From Paecilomyces variotii (Eukaryota), in NCBI GenBank assembly GCA_004022145.1, contig RCNU01000015.1: a stretch of DNA of 64,000 nucleotides. The stretch is one strand, 5' to 3'. A model generated the notes under the pieces. The model was given only the letters and a program-made list of their open reading frames with translations. It had not been told where the DNA came from and made no database searches. This document shows positions 36,706-47,659 of the stretch, in pieces. Every line of letters starts with the position of its first letter. Within the stretch, counting starts at the first letter, position 1. The translations under genes were made by a program, and so were the position numbers.

Positions 36706-38889
36706 TCATAGGACTCGCTCAAAATTGTCTACCCTGGCCATCCAATCTCTTGGAAAAGCCGGCACAAATTCTTTGTCTTCTTCTCCCCACCCGCCAGCCA
36801 TCATTGCCACAGCCTGCAATAACCCTCCACTTCCGGGAAAATACGGCGTGGGTGCCTTTCCCTCTGATCCTATGGGCATGCCGACGTCGTCAAACTGGAA
36901 GTACTCGTCAACCAGATACCTCACGGCCGCATCTACATCGCCTAAACGCACTGAATTCATGGCAAGCATGGGAAAGTCCCAACCCCAACAATCAGTGAAA
37001 TTCCAAGCACGGGCAACCTCGACCGCAGTGGCAGTGAGAATGGTGCGGTTCAGAATGTCTGGTGCGCAGGACGGTGCGGGAAGCAGGCCGTAGATAGCTG
37101 TCAAGGCTGGATGATCCATCACGGTCTGGGGGTCCCTCCACATGTTAGAGATTCCTTCGTAGAGAGTGTAGGTTTCCTCTCCCGTTGGGGACTTGGTGGT
37201 GGGAAGCGGTGCGAGATGTGCTGCGACAGTATTCCATGTCTCTGGAACGGTCTCATTCAAGCGCTGTTTCCAAGTGATGGCTGTATCCAGGCCGAATCGC
37301 CAGTATGCGAGTTCAAACGTAGGGTTTGTCGTGCTGTTTGGAGGAGTATTTTCTGACGCTGGGTACATGGGCGGACCTAGGTCATAGACTTGGGTTGATT
37401 CGTTCCAGAACGCAAATGAGGCCATGAAGTCTGCAGACTCCGTTAAGATATGATCCCATTTCAGCAGAACGGCTTCGCGCTGCGATGGTCGCTGGTGCTG
37501 ATACTCTGTCTCAGCGAAATAAAACACATGCGGCTGCTGCCATATTAACAGCGAATTTATTTCTCCTGGAGCCGACCGTCCTGTAGGATCGGTCATCTTT
37601 CCCCATCGTGCTCCGTCGTAGCCTTGATTCGCTGCGCGCTGGATTGCGGATTGCAAAAATCGGTTGTATACATCTATACTTCTCTCAAGCAGATGCGATT
37701 TACCCCATGTTAGCCAATGCACCGAGTGCCACAGGTACATTTCCATATGGAACTTTCCATACCAGCCATTGTTCACGAGGCCAGATTCCTGTGGCGGATC
37801 TCCCCCTGCCTCATTGACAGCAAGGAGATATTGTGACAGAATAATCCGTCGTTGAAGTTCAATGGCGGTGGCGTTCTGAGTTGCGGTCAGATCGATGAAC
37901 GCTCCGGTCTCCCAGTAGTCCTTCCACCAGTGCGCAGCTGTGGATTGGATTGTGTCCACACTTGCATTTAACGGAGACGAGGCTGACGGTGAGAATGTCA
38001 CTGTTAATTCGAAAACCTCGTTGCCAACGCTGTTGTTGTGCGTCTGCGGCTGGAGTATATACCGATGAGTGCCCGTCACTGGTCTCATTCGAGACTTCTC
38101 ATTCCATCTCAAATAGGTGTAATAGACGGTGTTATCCATCTGGTGCGTAATCTTCGCAGCACCATGCGCTCCATTTCCATTCTCATTCTCGAGATCGGTC
38201 TTATGCTTGTTGACTGCATCCCAATCACCAACGTACGGAGCCTCGAATTTATTCACGTCCGTCGCATATGGATAATCCACAAAGAACCCTAGTCGGCCCT
38301 CATTCAGCAGCATCGAGGATGTCTTGACGGCCAAAGTGTCTGTGTGTGGATCTACCACGGTAGTGACTTCGACCTCTGACCCATTGACCGTAAAAACAGA
38401 CCTGACAGATCCAGAATAGAGATCCAATTCCTGCATTGCAGAAGAGACATCTCTCTCCATCAACACGTTGATTGCCACATCTCCCTCGAAAAAAGCAAAC
38501 CCTACCCTCCCCAGATTGACCCTATGCGGATTCGCGATCAACCACTGCGAAATCTCCGGCTCTGCAGGATTCGGCTGGTCATAATTCACCAGCCTGCCGT
38601 GCGTCCACCAATCGAGCCCCGTGAAGTTTGCAGGCGTCGTATTGTTTGGCAGTGAGGTATTGTGCCAACCCCATGATGACAGCGTGTTGAAAGGTTGAAG
38701 GGTCTGGAGACCGGTGATGTCGGCTCCGAAAGCGAAATTTCCGTTTCCGATCTGGATGGGAGTTGTGTAGTTGGATGATACAGTGCGTCGGGTTGGGTTG
38801 AAACGGGTGATGATGGGTTGTCGGACGATTGTTCCTTGGGATAGGGAGGTGTATAGTAGGAGGATGAGGGGGAGATTGAGTTGAAGCAT
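36706..38889 (-). CDS. Secreted six-hairpin glycosidase-like protein (uncharacterised, GH65/GH95-like fold), intronless, 727 aa
   Basis: Hydrophobic N-terminal signal, many N-x-S/T sequons, and motifs GNGNFAFGADITGLQ, ESGLVNNGWYGKFHMEM..WH, NPTFELAYWRFGL, WGWDFPMLAM and YFPGSGGLL. Confidence 0.75.
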   Translation of the reverse strand: MLQLNLPLILLLYTSLSQGTIVRQPIITRFNPTRRTVSSNYTTPIQIGNGNFAFGADITGLQTLQPFNTLSSWGWHNTSLPNNTTPANFTGLDWWTHGRLVNYDQPNPAEPEISQWLIANPHRVNLGRVGFAFFEGDVAINVLMERDVSSAMQELDLYSGSVRSVFTVNGSEVEVTTVVDPHTDTLAVKTSSMLLNEGRLGFFVDYPYATDVNKFEAPYVGDWDAVNKHKTDLENENGNGAHGAAKITHQMDNTVYYTYLRWNEKSRMRPVTGTHRYILQPQTHNNSVGNEVFELTVTFSPSASSPLNASVDTIQSTAAHWWKDYWETGAFIDLTATQNATAIELQRRIILSQYLLAVNEAGGDPPQESGLVNNGWYGKFHMEMYLWHSVHWLTWGKSHLLERSIDVYNRFLQSAIQRAANQGYDGARWGKMTDPTGRSAPGEINSLLIWQQPHVFYFAETEYQHQRPSQREAVLLKWDHILTESADFMASFAFWNESTQVYDLGPPMYPASENTPPNSTTNPTFELAYWRFGLDTAITWKQRLNETVPETWNTVAAHLAPLPTTKSPTGEETYTLYEGISNMWRDPQTVMDHPALTAIYGLLPAPSCAPDILNRTILTATAVEVARAWNFTDCWGWDFPMLAMNSVRLGDVDAAVRYLVDEYFQFDDVGMPIGSEGKAPTPYFPGSGGLLQAVAMMAGGWGEEDKEFVPAFPRDWMARVDNFERVL

Positions 38890-39229
38890 TGTGAATGGAT
38901 AGAAAGCTTGCGCCCTATTCCAACTATAGAATCAGCCTGATAACCTCAATCCTAACCTCGTGTAAGAGCGTCGCATCCCTCTTCATGTATAAGCAACACT
39001 TTATACAAGGATGCAATATACATATATGTTCTCCGTGGACCGACCATCTCTAATCCCCAAGCTGAAGCGGGACGTCATGGCTAAATATACTTATTGTGCT
39101 GTCAGAGTGTTCGGACGATATACGGAGTACTATATTTGAATTTCCACCAATGATAGATTTCCGACGGTTCACTGCACTTGTTTCCCCTCCTGATCGCAGA
39201 TATAGAAAGCTTGCTTGATTGAACTAGAG

Positions 39230-39291
39230 CCTGGGCGAACCCTAGGTACATATGTACATACTTATAACTTATAAGTATGGGTTCGCCTAGG
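39230..39291. repeat. Nested inverted repeats / palindrome cluster
   Basis: CCTGGGCGAACCC...GGGTTCGCCTAGG (1 mismatch) encloses GTACATATGTAC and CATACTTATAA-C-TTATAAGTATG. Confidence 0.8.
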
Positions 39292-39457
39292 TCACGCGAC
39301 ACCAGTGAACAGAGCGGCCAAGAGGAACACCCGAAGGGTCCAACATCCAACAACTACCGACGTAAGAGACTATATCTACTCCGCTATTCATTTCTCTGGG
39401 ATTTAGCCTTCGTCTCTCAACCAAAGTGAGGTTCTTGTGTCTCTCTTTTGTGCCACT

Positions 39458-40631
39458 ATGACGTCCATTTATGAACGAGCTCTCCTAAGAGACAAATACA
39501 ACCAAGCACTATCGGGTTTGGTCGAAAGACTAGATTCCCAAGCCCAGGCAGCTTATGGACAGGACGAACTTACTAGCCTCGGCATTTCTCTTAGATCTTT
39601 TGATCCTTATGACAGGAATTTCCTCAATTCTAAAGCCTGCCTCTTTAGACCTATGACCTTGGAGGAGTTTAGAAAATATTCTTTTCCCGAGTCTGAACTC
39701 GACGGGGGCGGTATTGATTATTATATCGACTTTGACGCAAGCTATGATGAACCTGCAAATATGAAAAATGTTTCTCCTTCAATTATCATGAGGGAAAGAG
39801 CATTTCAAACCTACAACTATTTGCAAGTCTGTTACGTCTACTTGCGCAAGCAGATTGGGCGAGATGATGAATATCTTGAAGAAATCACTGGATGGTCCCA
39901 AATCAAGTAAGTAGTCCTAAATCGAGTAAGTTTTCGAATATATTATCAATGAAATTTTGGTTCTAATATATAATTTCGATAATGCAGACATGACAATTCG
40001 TTCTGGGATAATGGACAGAGACTAATGTATGGCCATCGTGGAGACTTTCTACATTGGGATACATATGCCCAGAGGGAGTGGCAGGACGACGACGATAACC
40101 CAGAAACACTTCGCCCGCATATTATACTCCTTATTTGCACTGGAGCAGAAGCCAAAGATAATGAATTATTGCTTGGCGAATTAGGACCTATTGCACAAGC
40201 AATTGAAAACCGTCTGCAGCAGAAGGAATTTGAAAAAACATCGCTTTTTCCAGTAAGTATATTTAACCTTTCTTTTTGCCCTGCTATCTTGCCCAAGTCT
40301 GATATTTAACTGCGCTAACCCATTCTAATCTCAATAGGTACTGGCTATATCTCTTTTTGGGCCGCGACATGGCCGTCTCCTGCAAGCCCATTTCGACAAG
40401 TCTGGTATATTAAAAGTTCTGGTTTCGCCTATCTACAGCTTTCTATCTAGGACCGACGCACCCTCCGAGCTTTTTCTTCGCTACTATGTCTCTGAACCTC
40501 AGGATGGTCCAGAGTACGAGTTCTGGAGCGAAGAAGAAGACACAGCAGCCCAGACCCACCAGTATGTTGCCCCGTTGCCCGGATCCGACATTGAAAACAT
40601 CCCCCCCAAAGAAGGCGACGTCCTATGTTGA
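39458..40631 (+). CDS. Fungal hypothetical protein, intact paralog of 17725-18887, 3 exons
   Basis: Open after removing two GT-AG introns (donors ~39907 and ~40253). Ends ...ENIPPKEGDVLC* at 40629-40631. Confidence 0.78.
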
Positions 40632-40860
40632 TAAGAGAAGTTCCGCAAGGCAGGACCAACGAAGAAACCCTATGTTGTGCTTGCGACAGAAACAAGTACG
40701 CAGATAGTCGCCTTGAGTTTGCCTCTGGATCTCGACGATTTACTTTGGCCATCAATCAAGTGGTTTCAGATAAGCTTTCTTCCTATGATATGATACGTGA
40801 CTACGAACTGGAGGAATCGTTATAAGAAAAGACTCAATGGCATTATCGGTTGTGCCTACC

Positions 40861-41420
40861 ATGACTGATTCTCGCATTACTTCTGGAAGCTGCCTCTGCA
40901 GAAAAGTCGAATACGAAGTCGTCGGACAACCATTGACGAAGAAGGTTCTCTGTCATTGTGATAATTGTTGCCGTGCAACTGGATCTATCTTCATGGCAAA
41001 TAATTTCTATCGGAAGTCTGTACGGTATGGTGTTGCGCTCTGTTTTGCTTTACTCTCTTTTCCCCGCCTGTTAACTCCCGCGACGGGCGTCAGCAAAAGA
41101 GCTTATTAGATACTAATTTACAAGTCGTACTTAGCAACTCCGCATTCTCCAAGGAGAATAAATTCTACGAACTTCTGAGGACACTGAGACAGATGCTGGA
41201 CACTCTGTATTATGTTATTTTTGCAGTTCGTGTGGCTCGCCATTGTTTATCACCAATCCTTTCAATATTATGCTCAGACGACGCCGTTATTATTAGTACT
41301 GGAACGATGAACAACGCAGAGGGCAAAGATTAGATACCTGATCAAGAATCTTTCTGTAAGAGGAGAGCCGTATGGTTTCCACAGATTATAGGAACTAAAT
41401 TGTGGAATGCGATGCAATGA
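40861..41420 (+). pseudogene. GFA/Mss4-like (CENP-V/GFA zinc-binding) pseudogene
   Basis: GSCLC..VEY...LCHCDNC.RATGS and FCSSCGSPLF. In-frame TAA at 41159-41161, a frameshift near 41275, and TAG at 41331-41333 where a Trp is expected (W-x-P-x-x-E). Confidence 0.8.
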
Positions 41421-42985
41421 GTCGATATGGCCGAATGGACCTGACCGTGGCAGCCCCTTAGTAGAAGGAACCATGATTGAGCCTGCTTTGCGATTATCTA
41501 CCTAGTATTTTCAGTAGTGGAATACGCCAGACCGATAACTGATCTCACTGTTGTTTGACTTCTATATATCGGGTCAGTAAAGACAAATTGGAGGCATTGG
41601 ACATAATAACTAGAGGACTCCACTTTCTCTGTGTATAGCCCACGAAAACGTCGTCTGGAAAATCAAGGCCAATTAGACATGTCGCAGTAGATTATCTTAC
41701 AGTAGATATCTTTGATGAATACCTTGCTATAACGATCACGTCTTAGTCTGAGTTCTCAGCATATATTTTCTGACACAGGCGAAAAAGGCTCGGATCTATT
41801 AAATGCCTCTTGTCTCGGATGGAATTGAAAAACGTAACACTTTCGGGAAAACTTCATATGCTGTGAAGAAGTCCAAGTCTGGCGATCAAGTGACTCATCC
41901 TTGAACTATCGCGATTCCATACTGTAACCAGGACACTACAGTGGCGCGAAAAGCAAATCATTTGACTGGAACTAGGGGGAAAAGACGACTATACACAATG
42001 TTTAATATAATCATCATGATCATGAGCTGCACCAGACATCGTGAAAAAAGGGTAGTGTATTAATCATATACTATTCGGAATTCGATTTCAAGGATAAACG
42101 TCACTTGCAGATCTCCCTTACAAGTCAGCAGCGTAGATGGTCATGATTCAAGTAGCGTGGCTCACCATCCCATGTCTAGTTCCCATTTGGCACCCCTGAA
42201 CATGTTGGACATGTCCGTCGACGATTGTGCGAACTCGCCATATGTACATACCTCCGGCCAGGGCTCCGGATGATTCTCGGGACAACGATGCGGATCTCGA
42301 CCTACAACAATATGCCTACAGGCATATATAATTGTCGTAACCTAAGTTTGACACATACTTTGATCTTGGTCAGCGAGTCATGCAAGAAAATAAAGAGGTT
42401 TCCCACATATAATATATTAGATAAATGAAGTTTTGCGATGTTGGTATGACGAGGAGTTCGGTCCCAAGAGAGATCCTTTCGGAGGTAGGAATCGGGAGGG
42501 TTGGGAACAGTATATAACTATATTACATACCATCTGGCATTGGTTAGAGATATCAGATGACAACTTGCAGATAATAGTCCATAACGATTCACTCAATGAT
42601 CTACGCAATATCTGGACGAGTTCCCTTTGGACACCGCGTACATATCGGGGACCATCTTATTGGTGGTTGATATGTTCAAGGTCTGAAACTTCGGCGCTCA
42701 ATGAGAGAGATGGAAGCCTTAGAATCGCCGTCGACTACTGTATACTGAGTTATCGATATTGAAAGAGTGTAGCGAAAGTTTTAATTCCAAATAAAGGCGC
42801 AATCCAGGTAAAGCATCCAGGTAAATGGGAGGAATATATGTAGATAAAGTTTACTCGACCATCCGAACGCCATCCGCAGTGCATGAGAAGAACTGGTATA
42901 ACTTAGGCAAATTCAATGTTCAGTTGCCTAATAACTATATCGCCGTTTGTAATGTACTTTTCGTCGCGACGCGATTTCGTATTTC

Positions 42986-44458
42986 TCATGACTTATGTTC
43001 AAGTACCGCTTGAGTGGCCTTCAAAGCACCGGTAATAGTGAGACAGAAAAATGGAGACAGGCCGTACATTATCTGCAGAAGTCAGCAATGATCTAATCGA
43101 TGTGTGCATTTTTCTACATACCGCAAGGACTTTGGCAACCGCAAACTTCTCAACCTCCGACACCTTGGCAAATTCTGCCAGACCTGAGATAATCAACGCG
43201 GGAGGACCAGCTGGCATAAGCATCATTGTGAACCACAAGATTGGGTTATTGCGCACCAGGCCTGTTTTGAGAGCAAGGGCATAGATGAGAGAAATGCTTA
43301 TTCTGTATAAAGTGCCATCAGTAATTGTAGAAATAAAAAATCAAAGCATAATCCTGTCTAACTTACGCTGGCCAGATAACTAGACGGATAAGGAAGATTG
43401 TAAGGATCGCTCGCTTTGGGACTTTCCCCGAGCCTTCGCTGCGCTTCATTCTTTCAAAGCTGACACCTAGCTTTGCTCCCACGACAAACACTTGCGATGT
43501 TGTGAACAGTTTCCCAACATTCTTCACACTGGCTGTCAACCAAGCGTTGAAGATTCCTCCTTCGTCATATGGGTCGAAAAAGGCCTTGTGGAGGGGAGGC
43601 ACCAACCCGAGAATGGTACCCGTCAGAGCACAGAGGATAGCCGTGTCCACAAATGGAGAATCAACGGACACTAGTTCCTGTTTGACGCGTCTGGGGAAGA
43701 GAGAGAAGACGTAGTTTGCTCCGTGCTTGAATGGGGAGACCATCTTATGGCCGGCCTTGTGTACGGATTCGGGTAACAAGGGGGTCTCTTCATCCAACTG
43801 CTCCTCGCTTGGCTCAGTATCCTGATTGTTTTGTCCCCCGTTCTGCTGATTTTCTTCGTCCTGGTCATCTCCACCGCGTCCATTTTGGAGCATCCTAGGG
43901 CCCGTCGCATAAGCTATCACCTTACTGATGACAGCACAGACCAGGAAATAACTCTGTGCCTGTTCAACTGCGTCAGACATTGATTTCCCGTCCGGAAGAA
44001 TCAGCTTTAGACTTCCAGCACTCTCTAGCGACTGCATCAGAAACAATGGTAGAGAAGTGGTGTTATTGAAGGCACATGCCGGAGTGACCCAGGGTGGTAG
44101 TCTCAATAGTTTAGTGATAAAATGAGACATCAGAATGGACAGTACGGTGTATGCAGTCGACCAAACTGTAATAGAGTAGTGTTAGTAGTTTCTGTACAGC
44201 ATGTATAGTCCGATCCTCCCTACCTAATACTGGGATATAATCGAGTGCAGTGTCGAGATGCAGCTGAGAACCCAGATTGACAACTATCAAAGCCGGCAGG
44301 AAGACCCTCACACCTAGTCCAGACAGATCTTTGATCGACTGCTCCTTCAGTAACTTCATCCTCCTTGCAACAAGTCCCCAAAAGAGAGTAAACAGAACGG
44401 AAACGCATGCCTGTAAGGCGCCCAGAAAGGGCTCAAGGATACCGTCAGAGGAAGTCAT
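42986..44458 (-). CDS. Auxin efflux carrier / Mem_trans family transporter (PILS-like), 4 exons
   Basis: PFLGALQACVSVL, VRVFLPALIVVNLG, PACAFNNTTSLPL, acidic loop EETPLLP and NPILWFTMMLMPAGPPA. Confidence 0.88.
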
Positions 44459-45148
44459 AATCGACGGGTGCAATTGAAGCGTGCAGTTTTTCTGTGCCCG
44501 CCATAAATGAGCAGCAGTGCACTTTTTATTCGAAAAACTCTGGAGGATTCAGATCTTGGCGGTCGGTTCATGTTCCCTGGCTCCAGGTAAAGATCCCCAG
44601 ACATGTCATCATAATTACGCCAAGGGACCACACGAAGATCAGGAACAAGAACCTGGTCACTGGAACACTTATCAGCACAACTGCTTGTCATGATACGACT
44701 CAAACGACTCAAGGGTATAGAAATATCAAGATCTGGAAGCAAGCCAGCGCCACTGGAGATGCTAAGATGTAGGTAGGTACCTAGGTACTTACATCCGTCT
44801 AAGCTTCGATCAGCACTTGGCCGTTTACTTAGTGTCTGGTCTCCAACGCTCTACTTACACTAACTACTAACTATCCACTTTACTTCCTGCCTTAGACAGG
44901 CACTACTCCTCTTTGGATATTTGCTGCTCCGGTAGTGAATTTGTCTTAAGAAAATAATTGGACTTATTCTTTAGTTAAAAGGTACTAGCCCAGCCCATAA
45001 GCCTCTGCCACTGTGAGGATATCCCATCATACGTTTCTAGTAACCATATCGTGAAAGCCATTAACCTATTACCATGTATCATTGTCAGTTTAATTCAACA
45101 CTCCGATAGCCAGCAGATACTTACGCAACCGAGGTACCCTGGTTAAGG

Positions 45149-45389
45149 CTATTCTTCTTCGTCATCCTGCTGCGTAGCAACCAAGCCTTCTAATATCTGC
45201 TTTCCTTCTTTGGCGTCGTCCGTATTCCAAGGTTTCAATCCATAGTTAGCCAGGAAAAAAGTCCAGCCGCCATAGCTCTTGACGATAGCTCGCTCCGCCG
45301 GGGTGAGGGGTGGCTCTGCTCCTATGTGAGTTTATTGCCGTAGAGGCTAATTAGAAAGAGCACTTACGAAGACAATCACTTGCAGGCAT
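45149..45389 (-). CDS. 64-aa hypothetical microprotein, 2 exons (intron 45322-45367); absent from the ORF track
   Basis: MPASDCLR/AEPPLTPAERAIVKSYGGWTFFLANYGLKPWNTDDAKEGKQILEGLVATQQDDEEE*. GTAAGT donor, CTAAT branch and TAG acceptor give 195 nt of coding sequence. Confidence 0.72.
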
Positions 45390-46899
45390 ATTTGTCACAG
45401 TTTGACAACAAGTGGACAATGAGATATTTCGGTTTTTGGAAAGGTAACTCGTTGACTTCTGGGGTTCAGATAGATGCTGAGAAACAATACCTCTTAAGCG
45501 GTGCTCCGGTCGGGCATTGTTGAACACTCTTGGCCGCCCTGTTTACTAGTGTCACGTGATCCAATGACCCTATATACTATATAGGGTTCTCTAACTGGGT
45601 ATGGACAGTATCTAGCGATTACCTACCCAAGAAATAATGTATAACCAACAAATCTTCGACAATGAATTGGACATATTCATGAGCCCATGGTGAATTAAGG
45701 TCTTTGACTCAAGTCAATCTAATGACGCGTAGCCATTCATAGTCTTTACTATGCTCTTAAATGCGCTTCCACCATTCCTCTGCTTTATAGTGGTGGGCGT
45801 ATTCTGAGAATATAAGGGGCATTGACTGATAGCAAGACATGTTGAAGAAGTAAGAATGAGTTTGATACCAGAATATTTATTCCAAGATCGTTCTCGTTGG
45901 AAGTGACGAAGCAGAACGAACATGTCAAGGCCGCGCTTTGAATAATCGAGCAGCAGAGCAGAATCAGGTTTTCTACGCAAACTTATTGATGTCAAATCAT
46001 TGTTCGCATCCGTGGATCCATACAAGATCTTCACACCAATAATATTATTGGGGGTTCACTTTCAGCTGGCACTGAAAACCTAGGCCTAACTTGAACTTAT
46101 CCGGAGATGGTACCTGTACTACCTAATATATAGTAAGGCTCTTTGGAGCATAGCTAAACTGTGGGTATGACATGTATTATTTGGGGTCTGTGAATCGGGA
46201 TCAGCGGCATTAGCATCAGTACTTGTATTAACCTTTGCAGATCGAATCTTGCACTCCACTGGCACACTTTCAGCTAAGCCATCGTATGTACATCCTCTCA
46301 ATAATTCCTTGGCTCAGAAACCTTGTGCGGCATTTTTGTAAGTGAATACTTCTACCTAGCTTGGATTGGTATATACGCATACTGTGGGATCCTATACGGT
46401 TCATCTTTCCTAGCACTGTTCGCCTGTCCTTAATTTGAATCCAAGCTTCTTTTTTAATTTATAACTATTCTCTGCGTATCTTTAACTATTCGAATATCAC
46501 ATAAAGTAAATATAGCCAATAGGGAAAGCCAGTGGTCTTTTAATGCTGTGATTAGGTACCTTTTAACAGTGGCTCGGCCGGTGCCTCTCGGAAGGCTTCG
46601 GGGGACTTGTAGGTGGAGCCCTGAGAAGATGTATTTGAAATTCTAAGAGCATGTATAAAGAAATAGTAGTTACATCGTGATGTAATATGGATATAGAGCT
46701 GCCCAGGTGGCAGGGATCTCGGATGGGTCAGAGAGAGACTACCGCAATTCGAACAGTGTATTAGGCTTGATATAAAATTGGCTTCCATCCACGACTTTTA
46801 CATTATTCAATTTACTAGATTTTCTACTTAGAAGATCCCAGATTATCGGCTTCACATCAAACTTACCAAGGAAAATCAAACTCACACAAGACTTCCATT

Positions 46900-47659
46900 A
46901 TGAGGTTCTTTCTCTTTTATTGTCTTCCCTTATTTGCTGGTTTGACTACAATGGCACAACAAATGATTCTCGAGTCTATGCCAGCCGAAGCAGCGCCGGC
47001 GGCAGCAGTCTCATTTGAGAGTTTCCGTTGTAATTGTAAGACATATTCTTTTTTCCTCTTACATGTCACATAGGAAAAGACCTCTCATAGCTTCTAGCTG
47101 GCAAAAGGGTTGCTACGATACCTGGATCCAGGGCTACAAGCGGAATTAACTACGCCTTTTCTCTGCCTACTTCAAATCCAGCAAGTGAGTAAATATAGAA
47201 TGAAGGATTAAAAAAAAATGAAGCTGATTAAATACCTAGGCTATGTTTGGACAGTCACCAAAACCATTGACAACAGAATATCAAAAGAAACGTCGACTGC
47301 ATATTATCCAAAGAGATTTTACAATCATGGGCCTGTACTCACCGGCTTACCAGATGGCTGTGGTAATGCGTTATCTGAGTATCCGGTTCCTGATCACCAC
47401 ACTACGGTACCGTATAAAGGCGGGAAACCTGACGCATTTCGGGCGATCTATGCGGTCACAACAACAACAAAGACAGAAGGAAAAAGAACACAGACGATAA
47501 AATCACCTACGTAAGTACCGATTCTCTGACATAGAGATCTTTGAATTCGATACATGGTAGTAAAATGGGCACTTACATTTCTTTAGTCTTTGTGGGATGG
47601 TTGTTCATCCTTCAGAAAGGTATGGAAAGGACTTCAGGGCATGCAGTACCTATACTTGA
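46900..47659 (+). CDS. Secreted RNase T1/ribotoxin-fold protein, 188 aa, 4 exons (46900-47035, 47098-47184, 47240-47510, 47587-47659)
   Basis: Signal-like N-terminus MRFFLFYCLPLFAGL. Motifs YYPKRFYN, LSEYPV, YKGGKPDAFRAIY, LCGMVVH and DFRAC occur in RNase T1 order. Four Cys in the mature part; exons sum to 567 nt. Confidence 0.75.

Noticed and set aside
42700-42762. ERDGSLRIAVDY resembles the Ty3/gypsy reverse transcriptase motif KKDGSLRLCVDY
   Set aside because: No flanking RT motifs (e.g. YxDD), LTRs or integrase are visible. The surrounding 42130-42760 may be a decayed gene but is unassignable.
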